From contig CAXVYR010000004.1 in the NCBI GenBank assembly GCA_963666975.2, positions 2,144,001-2,208,000 of the forward strand: DNA of 64,000 bases, read 5' to 3'. Position numbers and translations under genes: made by a program. The notes beneath the pieces were generated by a model that saw only the letters and a list, made by a program, of their open reading frames with translations, searched no databases and was not told where the DNA came from. Shown here piece after piece: positions 40,047 to 51,512 of this stretch. The DNA is from Terriglobia bacterium (GTDB lineage Bacteria > Acidobacteriota > Terriglobia > 2-12-FULL-54-10). Positions within the stretch are counted from its first letter, which is position 1; each line of letters begins with the position of its first letter.

Positions 40047-43000
40047 TTACTTTTCCACCGTTGTTTTATGCAGGTCCTGCAGCGCCATTACCTGGATTGG
40101 ACGTGACTTCCGGGCGGCGATTCCTTCCACGGCGGCCAGTCCGCCGGCTATGGTGGTAATGCAGGGAACCCCGTGCTGCACGGCCGCGCGGCGGATTGTT
40201 TTCTCGTCAAAAAAAGACTTGGCCCCGATCGGAGTATTGATCAGAAGATGTAGCTCTCCTCCCTTGATCAGATCCACGACGTTGGGCCTGCCCTCCATCA
40301 CTTTGTAAACCGATCGCACGGGGATGCCGGCATCCCCCAGCACCCGCGCGGTTCCCCGCGTGGCCACGATTTCAAACCCGATCTCCACCAGCTTCTTGGC
40401 AATGACCACCGCTTTCGGTTTCTCCTTGTCTTGGACGCTGACGAAGGCACGGCCCTGCAGCGGGAGGCGTAGGCCGGCGCTCAACTGGGATTTGGCAAAG
40501 GCCTCCCCGAACTGCTCGCCGATACCCATGACTTCTCCGGTGGATTTCATCTCCGGTCCCAGGATAGGATCCACTCCGGAAAATTTGGCAAAGGGAAAGA
40601 CCGGCGACTTCACGCAGAATTGCTCCACCGGCAGATGTCCCAGCAACGCACCAGCCGCCGGGCCGGTTTTGCGGATGGCCGCAGGCCCCTCTTCCACTGT
40701 AAGGTTGAACTCCCGCAGCTTGCGGCCTGTCATCAGACGGGCGGCCAATTTTGCCAGGGGAACGCCGGTTGCCTTGCTGACATACGGCACCGTGCGCGAA
40801 GCCCGGGGATTCACTTCCAGCACATAAACCTTTCCTTCCCGGATGGCGTACTGAACATTCATCAGGCCCACAACCTCCAGCGCCAAGGCAAGCCGCACCG
40901 TGTAATCCCCCAGCGTCTGCAACTGATCCGGTTCCAGAGAATAAGAAGGCAGCACGCAACAGCTATCGCCGGAATGGATGCCCGCCTCCTCAATGTGTTC
41001 CATGATGCCGCCGATCAGGACCTGTTCTCCGTCGCACAGCGCGTCCACGTCCACCTCGGTGGCATCCTCCAAAAAGCGGTCGATCAGGATGGGCCTGCCG
41101 GGGTGGGAATAATCCACGGCTTCGCGCATGTATTCATCGAGCGTGGATTCATCGTAGGCAATCACCATGGCGCGCCCCCCCAGCACATAGGAAGGGCGCA
41201 CCAGAACCGGGTAACCGATGCGGGCGGCGATCTCCCGAGCTTCCGGCAAGGTGGTGGCGCTTCCGTTCTCGGGCTGAGGGATACCGAGCGAATTCAGCAA
41301 CTGGCCGAAACGCCGGCGGTCTTCGGCCAGATCAATCGAATCGGGGCTGGTTCCGATAATGGGCACCCCGGCCTTCTTCAAAGGCAGGGCCAGGTTGAGC
41401 GGAGTCTGCCCGCCGAACTGCACGATGACCCCATCCGGCTTTTCCTCCGCCACCACTGCCATCGTATCCTCGAACGTCAGCGGCTCAAAATAAAGCCGGT
41501 CGGAAGTGTCGTAGTCGGTGGAAACCGTCTCCGGGTTGCAGTTCACCATGATGGTTTCGTAACCATCCTCTTGCAGAGCAAAGGAGGCGTGGCAACAACA
41601 ATAATCAAACTCAATGCCCTGGCCGATGCGGTTCGGCCCGCTGCCGAGAATCAGGATTTTTTTTCTGGCAGACGGATCGGCTTCTCCCTCCTGCTCGTAA
41701 CAGGAATAGAGGTAAGGCGTATGGGACTCGAATTCCGCGGCGCAGGTATCGACGCGCTTGAAGACAGGCGTCACGCCCCGCTCATTCCGGAGCCTGTAAA
41801 TCTCCTCCACCGAACAATTCCACATCGCCGCCAAGCGCAGGTCAGAAATTCCCGCCCTCTTCGCCCGCAGCAACTCCTGGCTGGAAACCGACTCCGGCGT
41901 GAGTTGCTCCATTCCCTGGCGAATTTCTTCTATCTCCTTCAACTGCTGCAGGAACCAGGGATCAATGGCCGTCATGGCCGATACCTGTTTCACACTCCAC
42001 CCGTGCCGCAGCACGTGGCGGAGATACGTCAGCCGGTCCGGATTGGGAGTGACCAGTTTCTGGGTCAGCAGCTTTTCCTCTACCGTGACGGCTGTGAGCG
42101 CCTTGCCGGTCTCCAACGAGCGAATCCCTTTCATCAACGCTTCTTTGAAGGTGCGCCCTATGGCCATCACCTCCCCCACCGACTTCATCTGCGTTCCCAG
42201 CGTTTGGTCAGCGCCGGGAAACTTTTCAAACTGCCATTTGGGAATTTTGACGACCACGTAATCGAGCGTTGGCTCAAAGCAGGCAGGGGTTTTGCGCGTG
42301 ATGTCGTTGGGAATCTCATCCAGAGTATAACCCACGGCGAGCTTGCTGGCGATTTTAGCGATGGGAAAGCCGGTGGCTTTCGAGGCCAGGGCGGAGCTGC
42401 GCGAGACGCGCGGATTCATTTCAATCACCACCATCCGTCCGGTCTCCGGCTGCACGGCGAACTGGATGTTGGAGCCGCCCGTCTCCACGCCCACTTCCCG
42501 AATCACGGCGAGGGCGGCATTGCGCAGCACCTGGTATTCCTTGTCGGTGAGGGTCTGCGCCGGAGCCACCGTGATGGAGTCCCCCGTATGGACGCCCATG
42601 GGATCAAAATTTTCAATGGAACAGATGACAATGACGTTGTCGGCCAGATCGCGCATGACCTCCAGCTCAAATTCCTTCCACCCCAGGACGCTCTCTTCCA
42701 CCAACGCTTCGTGAACCGGGCTCAAGGCCAGCCCTCGCGTCAGAATCTCCTGAAATTCCTCCCTGTTATAAACCAGGCCTCCTCCGCTCCCTCCCAGCGT
42801 GAAGGAGGGACGCACGATGACGGGGTAGCCGATTCGTCCGGCAAACTCCAGTCCGTCTTCCAGATTTCTCACCACGCTGCTGCGGGGCGTGTCCAAACCA
42901 ATCCGCTGCATGGCGTCTTTGAACATGAGCCGGTCTTCGGCCATTTTGATGGCGCGCAGGCCCGCGCCGATCAGTTCCACATTGTATTTTTCCAGGATGC

Positions 43001-43316
43001 CTTTCTCCGCCAACTGGACGGAAAGGTTCAGAGCCGTCTGCCCGCCCACCGTCGAGAGCAGCGCATCCGGACGCTCCCGCTCTATGATGGCCTCCACGTA
43101 CTCCGGTTCCAAGGGCTCCACATAGGTCCGGTCAGCCAATTCCGGGTCCGTCATGATGGTGGCTGGGTTGGAATTGACCAGAACAACCGTGTAGCCCTCG
43201 CTGCGCAGGGCCTTGCAGGCTTGGGTGCCGGAATAGTCAAACTCGCAACCCTGCCCGATGATGATCGGCCCGGAGCCGATAATCATGATCTTGTGAATGT
43301 CATTGCGTCGGGGCAT
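40047..43316 (-). CDS. carB: Carbamoyl-phosphate synthase large subunit
   Basis: [27 protein letters not shown], duplicated ATP-grasp domains, MGS domain. Confidence 0.99.
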   Translation of the reverse strand: MPRRNDIHKIMIIGSGPIIIGQGCEFDYSGTQACKALRSEGYTVVLVNSNPATIMTDPELADRTYVEPLEPEYVEAIIERERPDALLSTVGGQTALNLSVQLAEKGILEKYNVELIGAGLRAIKMAEDRLMFKDAMQRIGLDTPRSSVVRNLEDGLEFAGRIGYPVIVRPSFTLGGSGGGLVYNREEFQEILTRGLALSPVHEALVEESVLGWKEFELEVMRDLADNVIVICSIENFDPMGVHTGDSITVAPAQTLTDKEYQVLRNAALAVIREVGVETGGSNIQFAVQPETGRMVVIEMNPRVSRSSALASKATGFPIAKIASKLAVGYTLDEIPNDITRKTPACFEPTLDYVVVKIPKWQFEKFPGADQTLGTQMKSVGEVMAIGRTFKEALMKGIRSLETGKALTAVTVEEKLLTQKLVTPNPDRLTYLRHVLRHGWSVKQVSAMTAIDPWFLQQLKEIEEIRQGMEQLTPESVSSQELLRAKRAGISDLRLAAMWNCSVEEIYRLRNERGVTPVFKRVDTCAAEFESHTPYLYSCYEQEGEADPSARKKILILGSGPNRIGQGIEFDYCCCHASFALQEDGYETIMVNCNPETVSTDYDTSDRLYFEPLTFEDTMAVVAEEKPDGVIVQFGGQTPLNLALPLKKAGVPIIGTSPDSIDLAEDRRRFGQLLNSLGIPQPENGSATTLPEAREIAARIGYPVLVRPSYVLGGRAMVIAYDESTLDEYMREAVDYSHPGRPILIDRFLEDATEVDVDALCDGEQVLIGGIMEHIEEAGIHSGDSCCVLPSYSLEPDQLQTLGDYTVRLALALEVVGLMNVQYAIREGKVYVLEVNPRASRTVPYVSKATGVPLAKLAARLMTGRKLREFNLTVEEGPAAIRKTGPAAGALLGHLPVEQFCVKSPVFPFAKFSGVDPILGPEMKSTGEVMGIGEQFGEAFAKSQLSAGLRLPLQGRAFVSVQDKEKPKAVVIAKKLVEIGFEIVATRGTARVLGDAGIPVRSVYKVMEGRPNVVDLIKGGELHLLINTPIGAKSFFDEKTIRRAAVQHGVPCITTIAGGLAAVEGIAARKSRPIQVMALQDLHKTTVEK

Positions 43317-43402
43317 GGTGCTCGTGCTCGGTTCTATTTAACTCGCAACTATCAGCACGGCTAAGCCGTACACGGAAGCATTAATCCTCTTGCTAAAAGG
43401 AA

Positions 43403-43627
43403 TCAACGCATGCTTTCAAATTCTTCGACGGTGATGCCTATATTCTTGATGATATTTCGCAACGTGCCTTTGGCTACGTCCTTTCCATGATGAGAGGGAA
43501 CCGTAGTTCACCTGCCATCCGCATGGCGATACGCCGCATGGCTCCCGCTTTGGCGAATCAGATGGAATCCCAACTGGTTCAAAATCCGTTGCACCTCACG
43601 CGGTCTTGCCGGGCGCAGTTTCGACAT
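43403..43627 (-). pseudogene. hicA: HicA-family toxin with in-frame TGA at codon 40
   Basis: Manual translation MSKLRPARPREVQRILNQLGFHLIRQSGSHAAYRHADGR*TTVPSHHGKDVAKGTLRNIIK; TGA at 43510-43508. Confidence 0.85.
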
Positions 43628-43847
43628 TTACCTCAACCCGGTCGATGCCAACTTCCACAGGAATCGTTTCCCCCAAGCTTAGTTTTGCTTCGAGATATAC
43701 CTGGAGTGCATCTTTCAGATTTTCGATTGCCTCTTCGTAAGTATCTCCCTGCGAATGGCAACCTGGGAGCGCAGGGCACGAAGAGATGAAGACTCCATCC
43801 TCATCCTGCTCCACAACTGCCGTGAACGCATATCTTGCCATTCTCAC
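43596..43847 (-). CDS. hicB: HicB-family antitoxin
   Basis: VVEQDEDG, CPALPGCHSQGDTYEEAIEN. Confidence 0.92.
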   Translation of the reverse strand: MRMARYAFTAVVEQDEDGVFISSCPALPGCHSQGDTYEEAIENLKDALQVYLEAKLSLGETIPVEVGIDRVEVNVETAPGKTA

Positions 43848-43896
43848 CTCCGGACCAAGACAACCAACGAGACACGTTTGCGATCCAACCTGGTCA

Positions 43897-45036
43897 CTAA
43901 CTACCGCTCCGCCACTCCTCCATCATCTTCACGAACTGGTCGAACAAATAATGCGAGTCATGCGGACCGGGAGAGGCTTCGGGATGATACTGCACCGAAA
44001 AGACCGGCATCGAGCGGTGCCGAAATCCCTCCAGCGTTTGGTCATTCAAGTTCCAGTGCGTCAGCTCCACGTCACTGGCCGGCAGCGAATCCGGATCGAC
44101 GGCAAAGCCGTGGTTGTGCGCGGTGATCTCCACCTTGCGGGTGGCCATATTCATCACCGGATGATTGCCGCCGCGGTGGCCGAATTTCAGCTTGTAAGTC
44201 CGCCCGCCGCAGGCCAGTCCCAGCACTTGATGCCCCAGGCAGATTCCGAAAATCGGTATCTTGCCGAACAGCCGCCGGACATTTTCCGCCTCCGCCTGCA
44301 AGGGGGCGGGATCGCCCGGGCCGTTGGAAAGGAACACACCGTCCGGTTTCAGGCTCAGGACATCTTCAGCCGAAGTCAATGCCGGAACCACAGTGACTTT
44401 GCATCCCTTGGAAACCAGATGGCGCAAGATGTTTTGTTTAATCCCGTAATCGTACGCCACAACGTGCCAGCGCGGCTCTTTCTTCTCCGCCTCCGCAGGG
44501 GCCTGTCCCGGCAGAAGCGAGACGACGGGGCTGTCCCAGATATACCGCTGTTTGGTAGAGACGCCGGCTGCCAGGTCCAGCCCCGCCATCGGCGGAATGG
44601 ACCTGGCTTTGGCGATCAGGTTCTCCGGCGTGGTCTCCAGACTGGAAACCACGCCGCGCATCGTTCCGCAACTGCGCAGGTGGCGGACGACCGCGCGGGT
44701 ATCCACTCCCCTGATGGCCGGGATGCGGTACCTCTCCAAAAACTGCTCGCCATGCTCCCTGTTGCGCCAGTTGCTGGCCAGCGAGCTAAATTCCCGAACC
44801 ACCAACCCCTCGATATAAGGCCGGGTGGCCTCGTTGTCTTCCGGGTTGGTTCCGTAGTTGCCGATCTCCGGGTTGGTGAGAAGGACGATCTGGCCTGCGT
44901 AGGACGGGTCGGTAAAAATCTCTTGGTACCCTGTGAGGGAAGTATTGAAGACCACTTCGCCGTAGCATTCCCCTTTGGCGCCACAGCCTTCTCCCACGAA
45001 AACCTTGCCGTCTTCTAAGGCTAACAGAGCTCGCAC
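43897..45036 (-). CDS. carA: Carbamoyl-phosphate synthase small subunit
   Basis: [34 protein letters not shown]. Confidence 0.99.
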   Translation of the reverse strand: MRALLALEDGKVFVGEGCGAKGECYGEVVFNTSLTGYQEIFTDPSYAGQIVLLTNPEIGNYGTNPEDNEATRPYIEGLVVREFSSLASNWRNREHGEQFLERYRIPAIRGVDTRAVVRHLRSCGTMRGVVSSLETTPENLIAKARSIPPMAGLDLAAGVSTKQRYIWDSPVVSLLPGQAPAEAEKKEPRWHVVAYDYGIKQNILRHLVSKGCKVTVVPALTSAEDVLSLKPDGVFLSNGPGDPAPLQAEAENVRRLFGKIPIFGICLGHQVLGLACGGRTYKLKFGHRGGNHPVMNMATRKVEITAHNHGFAVDPDSLPASDVELTHWNLNDQTLEGFRHRSMPVFSVQYHPEASPGPHDSHYLFDQFVKMMEEWRSGS

Positions 45037-45110
45037 GCGTTCTCCTTAATGTTCTCCACCCGCAGGGATTAGAATTACTCTGTCACAGAAAGGAATGCGG
45101 CGCCAAGAAA

Positions 45111-45746
45111 TCACCGCAGGATTCCAAGCCGGCCAATCGGCCAATAGACAAACACCGCTTTGCCATAAACAAGACTTTCCGATACGGTTCCCCAGGCCCG
45201 GCTGTCGTTTGAGGAGTTGCGACGGTCTCCCATCACAAAGAATTCGCCGGGCGGGACCCGAATCGGCCCGTAGCTTTGCAGGCCCCGGTATTCCGGCAGA
45301 ATGTAGGGCTCGTCCAAGGCTTGCCCGTCGATGAAGACTTCGCCTTGCGTCAGTTTCACAACCTCCCCTGGAAGTCCGATGACTCTTTTGATATAGGACT
45401 TGGCAGTATCCACGGGAAGCCGGAACACAACCACGTCCCCTCGGTGGATGGGCTCCAACCGATAAATAAACTTATTGATAAAGACACGTTCCTGATCCGT
45501 CAACCGGGGCATCATGCTGATGCCTTCCACCTTCACCGGCTGGTACAGGAACACAATCACGATCCCCGCAATGGCCAGCGAGAAAACCAAGTCGCGAATC
45601 CAAACTCGCAACTCCGGTACGAGGCTTTTTTTTGAATGGGAGTCCGTTTGTTGGGAGGGAGGATCCACCGCGGGGCTGAGCTTTGTCCGTTCCGATTGCT
45701 CCATGTCGATGCATATATTTTTACCACAGTTTTGCGAGTCGGGCAA
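45111..45746 (-). CDS. lepB: Signal peptidase I (true start probably downstream)
   Basis: VEGISMMP (Ser), YIKRVIGLPG (Lys), GD.R..S.DSR.WG. Confidence 0.95.
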   Translation of the reverse strand: MPDSQNCGKNICIDMEQSERTKLSPAVDPPSQQTDSHSKKSLVPELRVWIRDLVFSLAIAGIVIVFLYQPVKVEGISMMPRLTDQERVFINKFIYRLEPIHRGDVVVFRLPVDTAKSYIKRVIGLPGEVVKLTQGEVFIDGQALDEPYILPEYRGLQSYGPIRVPPGEFFVMGDRRNSSNDSRAWGTVSESLVYGKAVFVYWPIGRLGILR

Positions 45747-45942
45747 CCCAGGAAGAATCTACAGAAGGTCCTTGCGTTTGCCGGCCACATTGCACAGAAT
45801 TTAAGATGGCCATTGGATTGAATGATTGGTAGATGAATGATTGGCAGATATAGATGCCGGCTGGGCGGCTCCAATGCGTCAAAACAGTTTGACCGTCACG
45901 ACGGCGGTCCGGGAATCGCACAGCGCTCTTCGGAGGGAAAGT

Positions 45943-46998
45943 ATGGTAGCGGGCTACAGCTACTTTTTGTTTTTTTTTGCGATCTTCCTCACGCTGACCA
46001 TACTGCTGGTTTGGCCTGTTTTTCCCTATATTGTGCTGGCCGTCCTGCTCACCTACCTGCTGCATCCTCTGAATGAGCGTCTCCGCCGGACCATCAAATC
46101 CAACGATCTGCGGGCTACTTTGCTGACACTGTTTGCCTTGGTAGCCATTGCCCTGCCTATTGTTTATGCCGCCCAGAAGGTCACCCGAGAGATCGGCTCC
46201 GCGATTCAATTGCGAGGGGGATCGCAAAAACTGTTAGAAAACGCCACGGTCTGGCTGGCCGAACATGAGGCCGAAATGGTGGCCGATTGGATACTGGAAG
46301 CCATACAGCAAGCACGGCAATTTGTCGTCGGTTCCATTCCCAGCCTGTTTGGCTCTGTTCTGAACATTGTTCTGGGAATTTTCGTTTGTCTTTTTGTTTT
46401 CTACTATTTTAGCCGCGAAGGAAGCATGATCTGGGAAAAATTCCTGAACATCCTCCCTCTGCCCGCAAAACTGAAGTCAGACGTCAGCACGGAGATCACC
46501 GGAATTCTGCGGGCGATCTTCTACGGGCAGCTCTTGACGGCACTCGTGCAGGGCAGCATAGGCGGCATCGGCCTCTGGATTTTTCAGGTTCCGCAGCCTT
46601 TTTTCTGGACTGTGGTGATGATCCTGGTGGCGTTCTTCCCAGTCATAGGCACCCCCTTTATCTGGGGTCCGGCCGTAGTGCTCAAGTTCGTGTCTGGCGA
46701 TCCCACATGGCAGTGGCTGGGGTTATTGATCTATGGGGGGGGAGTGGTGATGAACATCGACAATTTCCTTCGCCCCCGGTTGATTGCTCAACACTCCCGT
46801 ATCCATCCGGTTGTGATCCTGATCGGCATTATTGGCGGCACCAAGGTTTTTGGCTTCGTTGGATTTTTGGTCGGCCCCATCATTTTCGGGATATTCCTCC
46901 AACTGCTGCGGTTCTTTGCCGAGTATCGCCAAGCGGAAGCTCAGGCCTCCGCAGAGGATCGTCCTGCGGAAGCGCAGCCGGTTTCTCCGGCTGTTTGA
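45943..46998 (+). CDS. AI-2E/PerM-family transporter
   Basis: YLLHP, ALVQG, DNFLRP.L, FG.VG..VGP; ATG 45943 behind GGAGG. Confidence 0.88.
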   Translation: MVAGYSYFLFFFAIFLTLTILLVWPVFPYIVLAVLLTYLLHPLNERLRRTIKSNDLRATLLTLFALVAIALPIVYAAQKVTREIGSAIQLRGGSQKLLENATVWLAEHEAEMVADWILEAIQQARQFVVGSIPSLFGSVLNIVLGIFVCLFVFYYFSREGSMIWEKFLNILPLPAKLKSDVSTEITGILRAIFYGQLLTALVQGSIGGIGLWIFQVPQPFFWTVVMILVAFFPVIGTPFIWGPAVVLKFVSGDPTWQWLGLLIYGGGVVMNIDNFLRPRLIAQHSRIHPVVILIGIIGGTKVFGFVGFLVGPIIFGIFLQLLRFFAEYRQAEAQASAEDRPAEAQPVSPAV

Positions 46999-47183
46999 CC
47001 TTTTGCGCCAGCGAATTCGGCGGCGGGAATTTGAGTCTGCACAGCGAAAAACCGCGTGTGGGGGGATATCGCCAATATATAAGCGGGGATGGAAGCGGGG
47101 AAAGAACGAATGCTGGCCCCTTGTAACGCAGGATTGCCCAACTATAAGATGGAAGCTGGAATTCCACCCGGGCGGAGGTTTGA

Positions 47184-47888
47184 ATGGCACAAGAGGAACC
47201 GAAAAGGCAGTTTGTGAACTTCGTATTCTATAAAGTGGACCCTGCGTGGCGCAGGCTGCCGGGCAAGGAGCGCGAGCAGGGAAAGGCGCAATTCTGCAAG
47301 GTTGCCACCCAATGGGCGCAACCCGGACGGATGCACACACTTTCCTACACCACGGTCGGGATGCGCGGCGATACCGATCTCATGCTCTGGCGCATCTGTT
47401 ACCAACTGGAAGACTTGCAGCAGATGACCACTGATCTGCTGGCGACGGACCTGGGCAAATATCTCTCCACGCCCTATTCCTATTTGGCCATGACCAAGCG
47501 TTCCACCTACTTGATCGGACACGAGCACGAAGGTCAGGCGGACTCGCGGGGGCAGCTCCGTCCCGGCCAGTACAAATACTTGTTCGTCTACCCATTCGTC
47601 AAAACGCGTGAATGGTACCTGCTGAAACCGGCGACCCGGCAGGGGATCATGAACGAGCACATCACCGTGGGACACAAGTATCCTTCCATCAAGCTCAACA
47701 CCACCTACTCGTTCGGCCTGGATGACCAGGATTTCGTGGTCGCTTTTGAAGGCGACCAGCCGGAGCATTTTGTGGACCTGGTGATGGAATTGCGGGATAC
47801 CGAGGGGAGCCGCTACACGATCCGCGATACTCCCATTTTTACGTGCATCCTGAAGGACGTCAAAACCATGCTGGACACTATCGGGTAA
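47184..47888 (+). CDS. Chlorite dismutase/ChdC(HemQ)-family heme protein
   Basis: YPFVK..EWY, M.EH...G, TTYSFGLDDQDFVVAFE. Confidence 0.88.
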   Translation: MAQEEPKRQFVNFVFYKVDPAWRRLPGKEREQGKAQFCKVATQWAQPGRMHTLSYTTVGMRGDTDLMLWRICYQLEDLQQMTTDLLATDLGKYLSTPYSYLAMTKRSTYLIGHEHEGQADSRGQLRPGQYKYLFVYPFVKTREWYLLKPATRQGIMNEHITVGHKYPSIKLNTTYSFGLDDQDFVVAFEGDQPEHFVDLVMELRDTEGSRYTIRDTPIFTCILKDVKTMLDTIG

Positions 47889-47934
47889 AGGATGGCAGAG
47901 GACGGGCGCAGAGGATAGACACAGAGGACAAGAG

Positions 47935-48639
47935 ATGAAGCATGCAGGAGCGGCGGCCACCCGAAACAAAGCCAAAAGGCGGAAGGCAGTCGGCCAAGAC
48001 CGGAACGCGGGAAACCGGGTTCGGAAAATTGTAGCGCGGCTGGAGAAGGCCTACCCCGAAGCCAAGTGCGCCCTGCAGCACGCCAACGCCTTCCAGCTTC
48101 TGGTTGCCACCATCCTCTCGGCGCAGTGCACCGACGTGCGCGTCAACAAGGTGACTCCGGGCCTGTTTCAAAAGTATCCCACCCCGAAAGACTTTGCCGC
48201 CTTGCGTCAGGAAGTGCTGGAGGCGGAAATTCGATCCACGGGGTTTTACCGAAACAAGGCCAAATCGATCATCGGTGCGGCGCAGAGAATCGTAAATGAG
48301 CACCGGGGACGAACGCCCGATACGATGGAAGACTTGCTCACTCTGCCCGGCGTCGCCCGGAAAACGGCCAACTGCGTTTTAGGCACCGCCTTCGGCAAGG
48401 CAACCGGCGTGGTGGTCGATACTCACGTGCAGCGCATCTCCGGGAGGCTGGGCCTGACCAGCGAAAAGACTCCGGAAAAGATCGAGCAGGACTTGATGCG
48501 GCAGATTCCCCAGAGCAAATGGATCGGCTTCGCCCACACGGTGATCTTTCACGGACGCCAGCGCTGCATCGCCCGTCGCCCGCAGTGTTCCTCATGCTCC
48601 CTGGAAGACCTCTGTAATTCAGAAGACAAAACGGTATAA
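47935..48639 (+). CDS. nth: Endonuclease III
   Basis: LSAQCTD..VN, LPGVARKTAN, VDTHV.R, CX6CX2CX5C cluster. Confidence 0.96.
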   Translation: MKHAGAAATRNKAKRRKAVGQDRNAGNRVRKIVARLEKAYPEAKCALQHANAFQLLVATILSAQCTDVRVNKVTPGLFQKYPTPKDFAALRQEVLEAEIRSTGFYRNKAKSIIGAAQRIVNEHRGRTPDTMEDLLTLPGVARKTANCVLGTAFGKATGVVVDTHVQRISGRLGLTSEKTPEKIEQDLMRQIPQSKWIGFAHTVIFHGRQRCIARRPQCSSCSLEDLCNSEDKTV

Positions 48640-48757
48640 AGCATTTTCGGAGTTGGTGTAGACTCGATCCGAGCCGCGACCGTGAGGGAGCGGGCCCAAA
48701 ACCTGGCTTAATCGATCAGCGTTTGGTGTCCGCTTGCTTGCGCGCGCGGCTCAGATT
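48637..48757. repeat. MITE end motif plus REP doublet
   Basis: TAAAGCATTTTCGGAGTTGGTGTA, then CCGAGCCGCGACCGTGAGGGAGCGG...CCGCTTGCTTGCGCGCGCGGCTC. Confidence 0.7.
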
Positions 48758-48769
48758 AAAGACCTTAAG

Positions 48770-49013
48770 CGCAAGGCGCCGACATGCCGCCGCACAGCGC
48801 ACCTGGAAAAAGTCTGGACACCCTGCCGGGCTTACTGAAAAGAATTATCTCGAACAGATACAACCCCGCCTTGCCGGGGTTACACTCTCGGTCTTGGCAT
48901 CAACACTCGAGGTCTCTGAGCCTTACGCCGTGGGTATTCGTGCCGGGAGGCGTGTTCCTCATCCACGGCATTGGCAGGCGCTGGCGGGGCTTGTTGGAAT
49001 GGAGCCAAAATGA
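48770..49013 (+). pseudogene. Fragment resembling the C-terminal HTH tail of solo Cas1 proteins
   Basis: Y..QIQPRL...LA..L.VS.PYA..IRAGRRVPHPRHWQALA.LVG; recognised from memory only. Confidence 0.45.
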
Positions 49014-49130
49014 GATGAAGTGGCATCGAAGATTGCCGTAGAAGTATTTTGAGTGGCATATGTGGAGCACAAACCCGTCAGCGCTGGACTCGTGGAAAGC
49101 TCAGAAGACTGGCCGTGGTCTAGTGCACAC
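49010..49130 (+). pseudogene. C-terminal remnant of a REP-associated tyrosine transposase (RAYT/Y1)
   Basis: YVEHKPV.AGLV...EDWPWSSA, followed by REP-like ACAGGCATTCTTGCCTGT...GGCAGGAATGCCTG. Confidence 0.65.
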
Positions 49131-49192
49131 AAACCGGACAGGCATTCTTGCCTGTACCTACTTTCGGTAGCGGCAGGAATGCCTGGTCCCAC

Positions 49193-49222
49193 AAAAAAAA
49201 GGCGGCCCACAATGGGCCGCCT
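49193..49222 (-). terminator. Rho-independent terminator
   Basis: AGGCGGCCCATTGTGGGCCGCC followed by a run of 8 T on the minus strand, just after the 49253 stop. Confidence 0.85.
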
Positions 49223-49252
49223 GGAACGAATCACAAACAAACAGAGTTGCGG

Positions 49253-50843
49253 TTAATGCCCGGCGCTTTCCGTGATCGCAGGAACAATGGCCGCAAGCCG
49301 CGGGTCGTTGATTATCAGAGGCAGGTAACCCTGAGCGAACGCTCCACCTGTCCCTGGTTGCGGGCTGTTGATAAACGCGAACCCGTGGCACAACTGGAAT
49401 TCGGCGACTGCGATCGCATAACCCAGAAAGGGCTCGCCGAGCAGTGTCGAGACCACTCCACTCGCTGTTTCGCCTGGTCCTAAAGCGGTGGCTAGTGTTA
49501 CAGGTGATGCCGCAGGAATAGTTCCATCTGTCTTCCAGAAGGACAACGTGACATCTCCGGTCTGGCCTTTGGTGCCAATTACCGCCGGGTCGGCCGTGGT
49601 ATTGGAAACGGTCAGGCCTGCGTCAAAGGCCCCGTCGCCCGTGTTGGGCAGCCAGGAGTAGAGCAGGTAACAGGCGCAAAGCTGCACCTCGATGGCGTCA
49701 TCATCCTTTTGGCTGTTGGACGCAAATACCGGCACCTCCCCGAGGGTAGTCGAACCCCTGAGGGATACCTTCAGGGTGCCGGTCGAATTTGCTTGGAGAA
49801 GTTTAGTCTTGTCCGGCACCACCGCAATAAACTGTATCTGCAGCGTTTCTTTGTTCGCAGTGTCGGTAACCGCGAATGTGATATCCACGTCAACATCCTG
49901 GTTGCCCGCTACCGAATCAAAGTCAGTGGTCAAACTAACTGTCGGCGTGCCAGGAGCGCCGGTCATAGTCCCGGAGATAGTCCAACTGAAGATAGGATTT
50001 GCTCGAAGTTTCACACCTACAGGGATATCCTTGAAAGGCGAATCGGATCTTAAAAGCCTCGGGGGCGACGTTGTTGTTTAACGCGGCCTCGTCCGCCGCG
50101 CTGAGAAATGCCTTGAAAGGCGAATCGGATCTTAAAAGCCTCGGGGGCGACGTTGTTGTTTAACGCGGCCTAACGCGGCCTCGTCCGCCGCGCTGAGAAA
50201 TGCCGGGAAAATTTTCCTCAATCATCACCTTCACATCCTCGGAATCGCCGTCCGAAACATTGCAAAGCAGGAAATTATTGGTAGTAATGCCGGGGTTAAT
50301 TGTCGTTGCCGTGGACAGCCCCGACTGCACTTGGCCAACCGTTAGCGTGCCGACTGAAATCAACGTAACAGCATTGGTAGACTGGAACGCTGCCGGAACC
50401 GACGCCCCCACGGCTACATTGACGCTGGCTCCCGACCCTAGAGCACTTGCGTTGACCCGGGCAGCGGTAACGGTGATCGAGTTGCCATTGGCGCAAGCGA
50501 GAAAATCGGCCGCGACTGTGCCCGTGACTTTCAGGGTCAGTACGCTCCCGACCACGCTCGTGGCAAGGGTTGCGGCGCCCGCCAGCCTACATGTAGTGCT
50601 GACTGTTGCCCCGGCAGCTCCCAAGACGGTTGTCCCATAATCCAAGGTAATGATCGAATCAAACACGATGTTCCCCGTATTGTTGGAGGCGAACGCTACT
50701 GTCCCGACGGCTTCCGTGGTTCCTTCAGACCGCAGGGGTCGCGCGCCGCTGGCGCTGACGAAGAACTGTACCTGCGCAGAAGCGGCGCTCGCTCCAACCG
50801 CAACCAGAGCAAGTGCAAAGAAAATATTCTTAAGTTGTTTCAT
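49253..50843 (-). pseudogene. Secreted Thr/Val/Ala-rich acidobacterial surface-type protein, frame broken by tandem duplication
   Basis: Signal peptide in 50160-50843; C-terminal LLYSW...FDAGL.VSNTT.DP, GYAIA...HGFAFI...AQGYL in 49253-50014; 82/92-bp duplication at 50029-50202. Confidence 0.65.
50029..50202. repeat. 82-bp tandem duplication with a nested 10-bp duplication
   Basis: 50029-50110 repeated at 50111-50202; second copy has TAACGCGGCC twice. Confidence 0.95.
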
Positions 50844-51416
50844 CTAATGTTTCCTTCGTAGTCTTTAATGGAAATGGTGTTTTCAAGCCATTTTCGAGCG
50901 TAAATTTCCTGGCCAAAGAAGATTTCTAAAATATGGCAGCCAACAGCATTGCGGCGAACAAGAAAACCTCATTTCGGTAGACAATCGTGGCCCCCGTCGC
51001 ACTCGAGTTCAGCGCCACATCAGTTCCTTGGAGCCGGATTTATTTTTTTTGACCCGCCGACGGCTGACAGTATACATCTATTGGCCTGAGTTGGGCCACA
51101 CTTCTAGCCGCTCGGCACCGGCTTGCTCCCCAGGGGGTGTAGCACTTTTCCCTTTCGTATAGCCTACCCCGCCAAATGGTTGTCGGCAGTCCTCGATTTC
51201 CCTAGACTGCAAAGAGACAGCAAATGGTATCGATTCTGGCAGGCGAAAGGCAAGCAGGGTTTTTGAAAATTCGCAAAGCTCCTTCTATTTTCTTGTATAG
51301 CGTTGTGTTGTAGCTGGGAGCCAGTGGGTTCAACTGGCAGAAAACACAGTGCTCGGAGGGCTCGACTGGGCCTGCAAATGAGACTGGTCCAGTGAATAGA
51401 GATATATTGGGACTGG

Positions 51417-51512
51417 CAGCGTTTGGTGTCCGCTTGCTTACGCGCGCGGCTCGGATTGAATTTACAAACCCACGGTAAATTGGGACTTCCAATTTACCGT
51501 GGCTACCCGACG
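51417..51512. repeat. REP-like element shared with 3424-3490 and 48715-48757
   Basis: CAGCGTTTGGTGTCCGCTTGCTT.CGCGCGCGGCTC and CCACGGTAAATTGG..CCAATTTACCGTGG hairpin. Confidence 0.8.

Noticed and set aside
40620-43364. 914-aa plus-strand ORF (also 28669-31089, 23291-25036, 15882-17375, 19749-21197, 58101-59879, 427-1335)
   Set aside because: Antisense shadows of well-supported genes in high-GC DNA, with no motifs of their own
3424-51512. Short repeats as a CRISPR array
   Set aside because: Repeats are dispersed palindromes without regular unique spacers, and there is no cas operon
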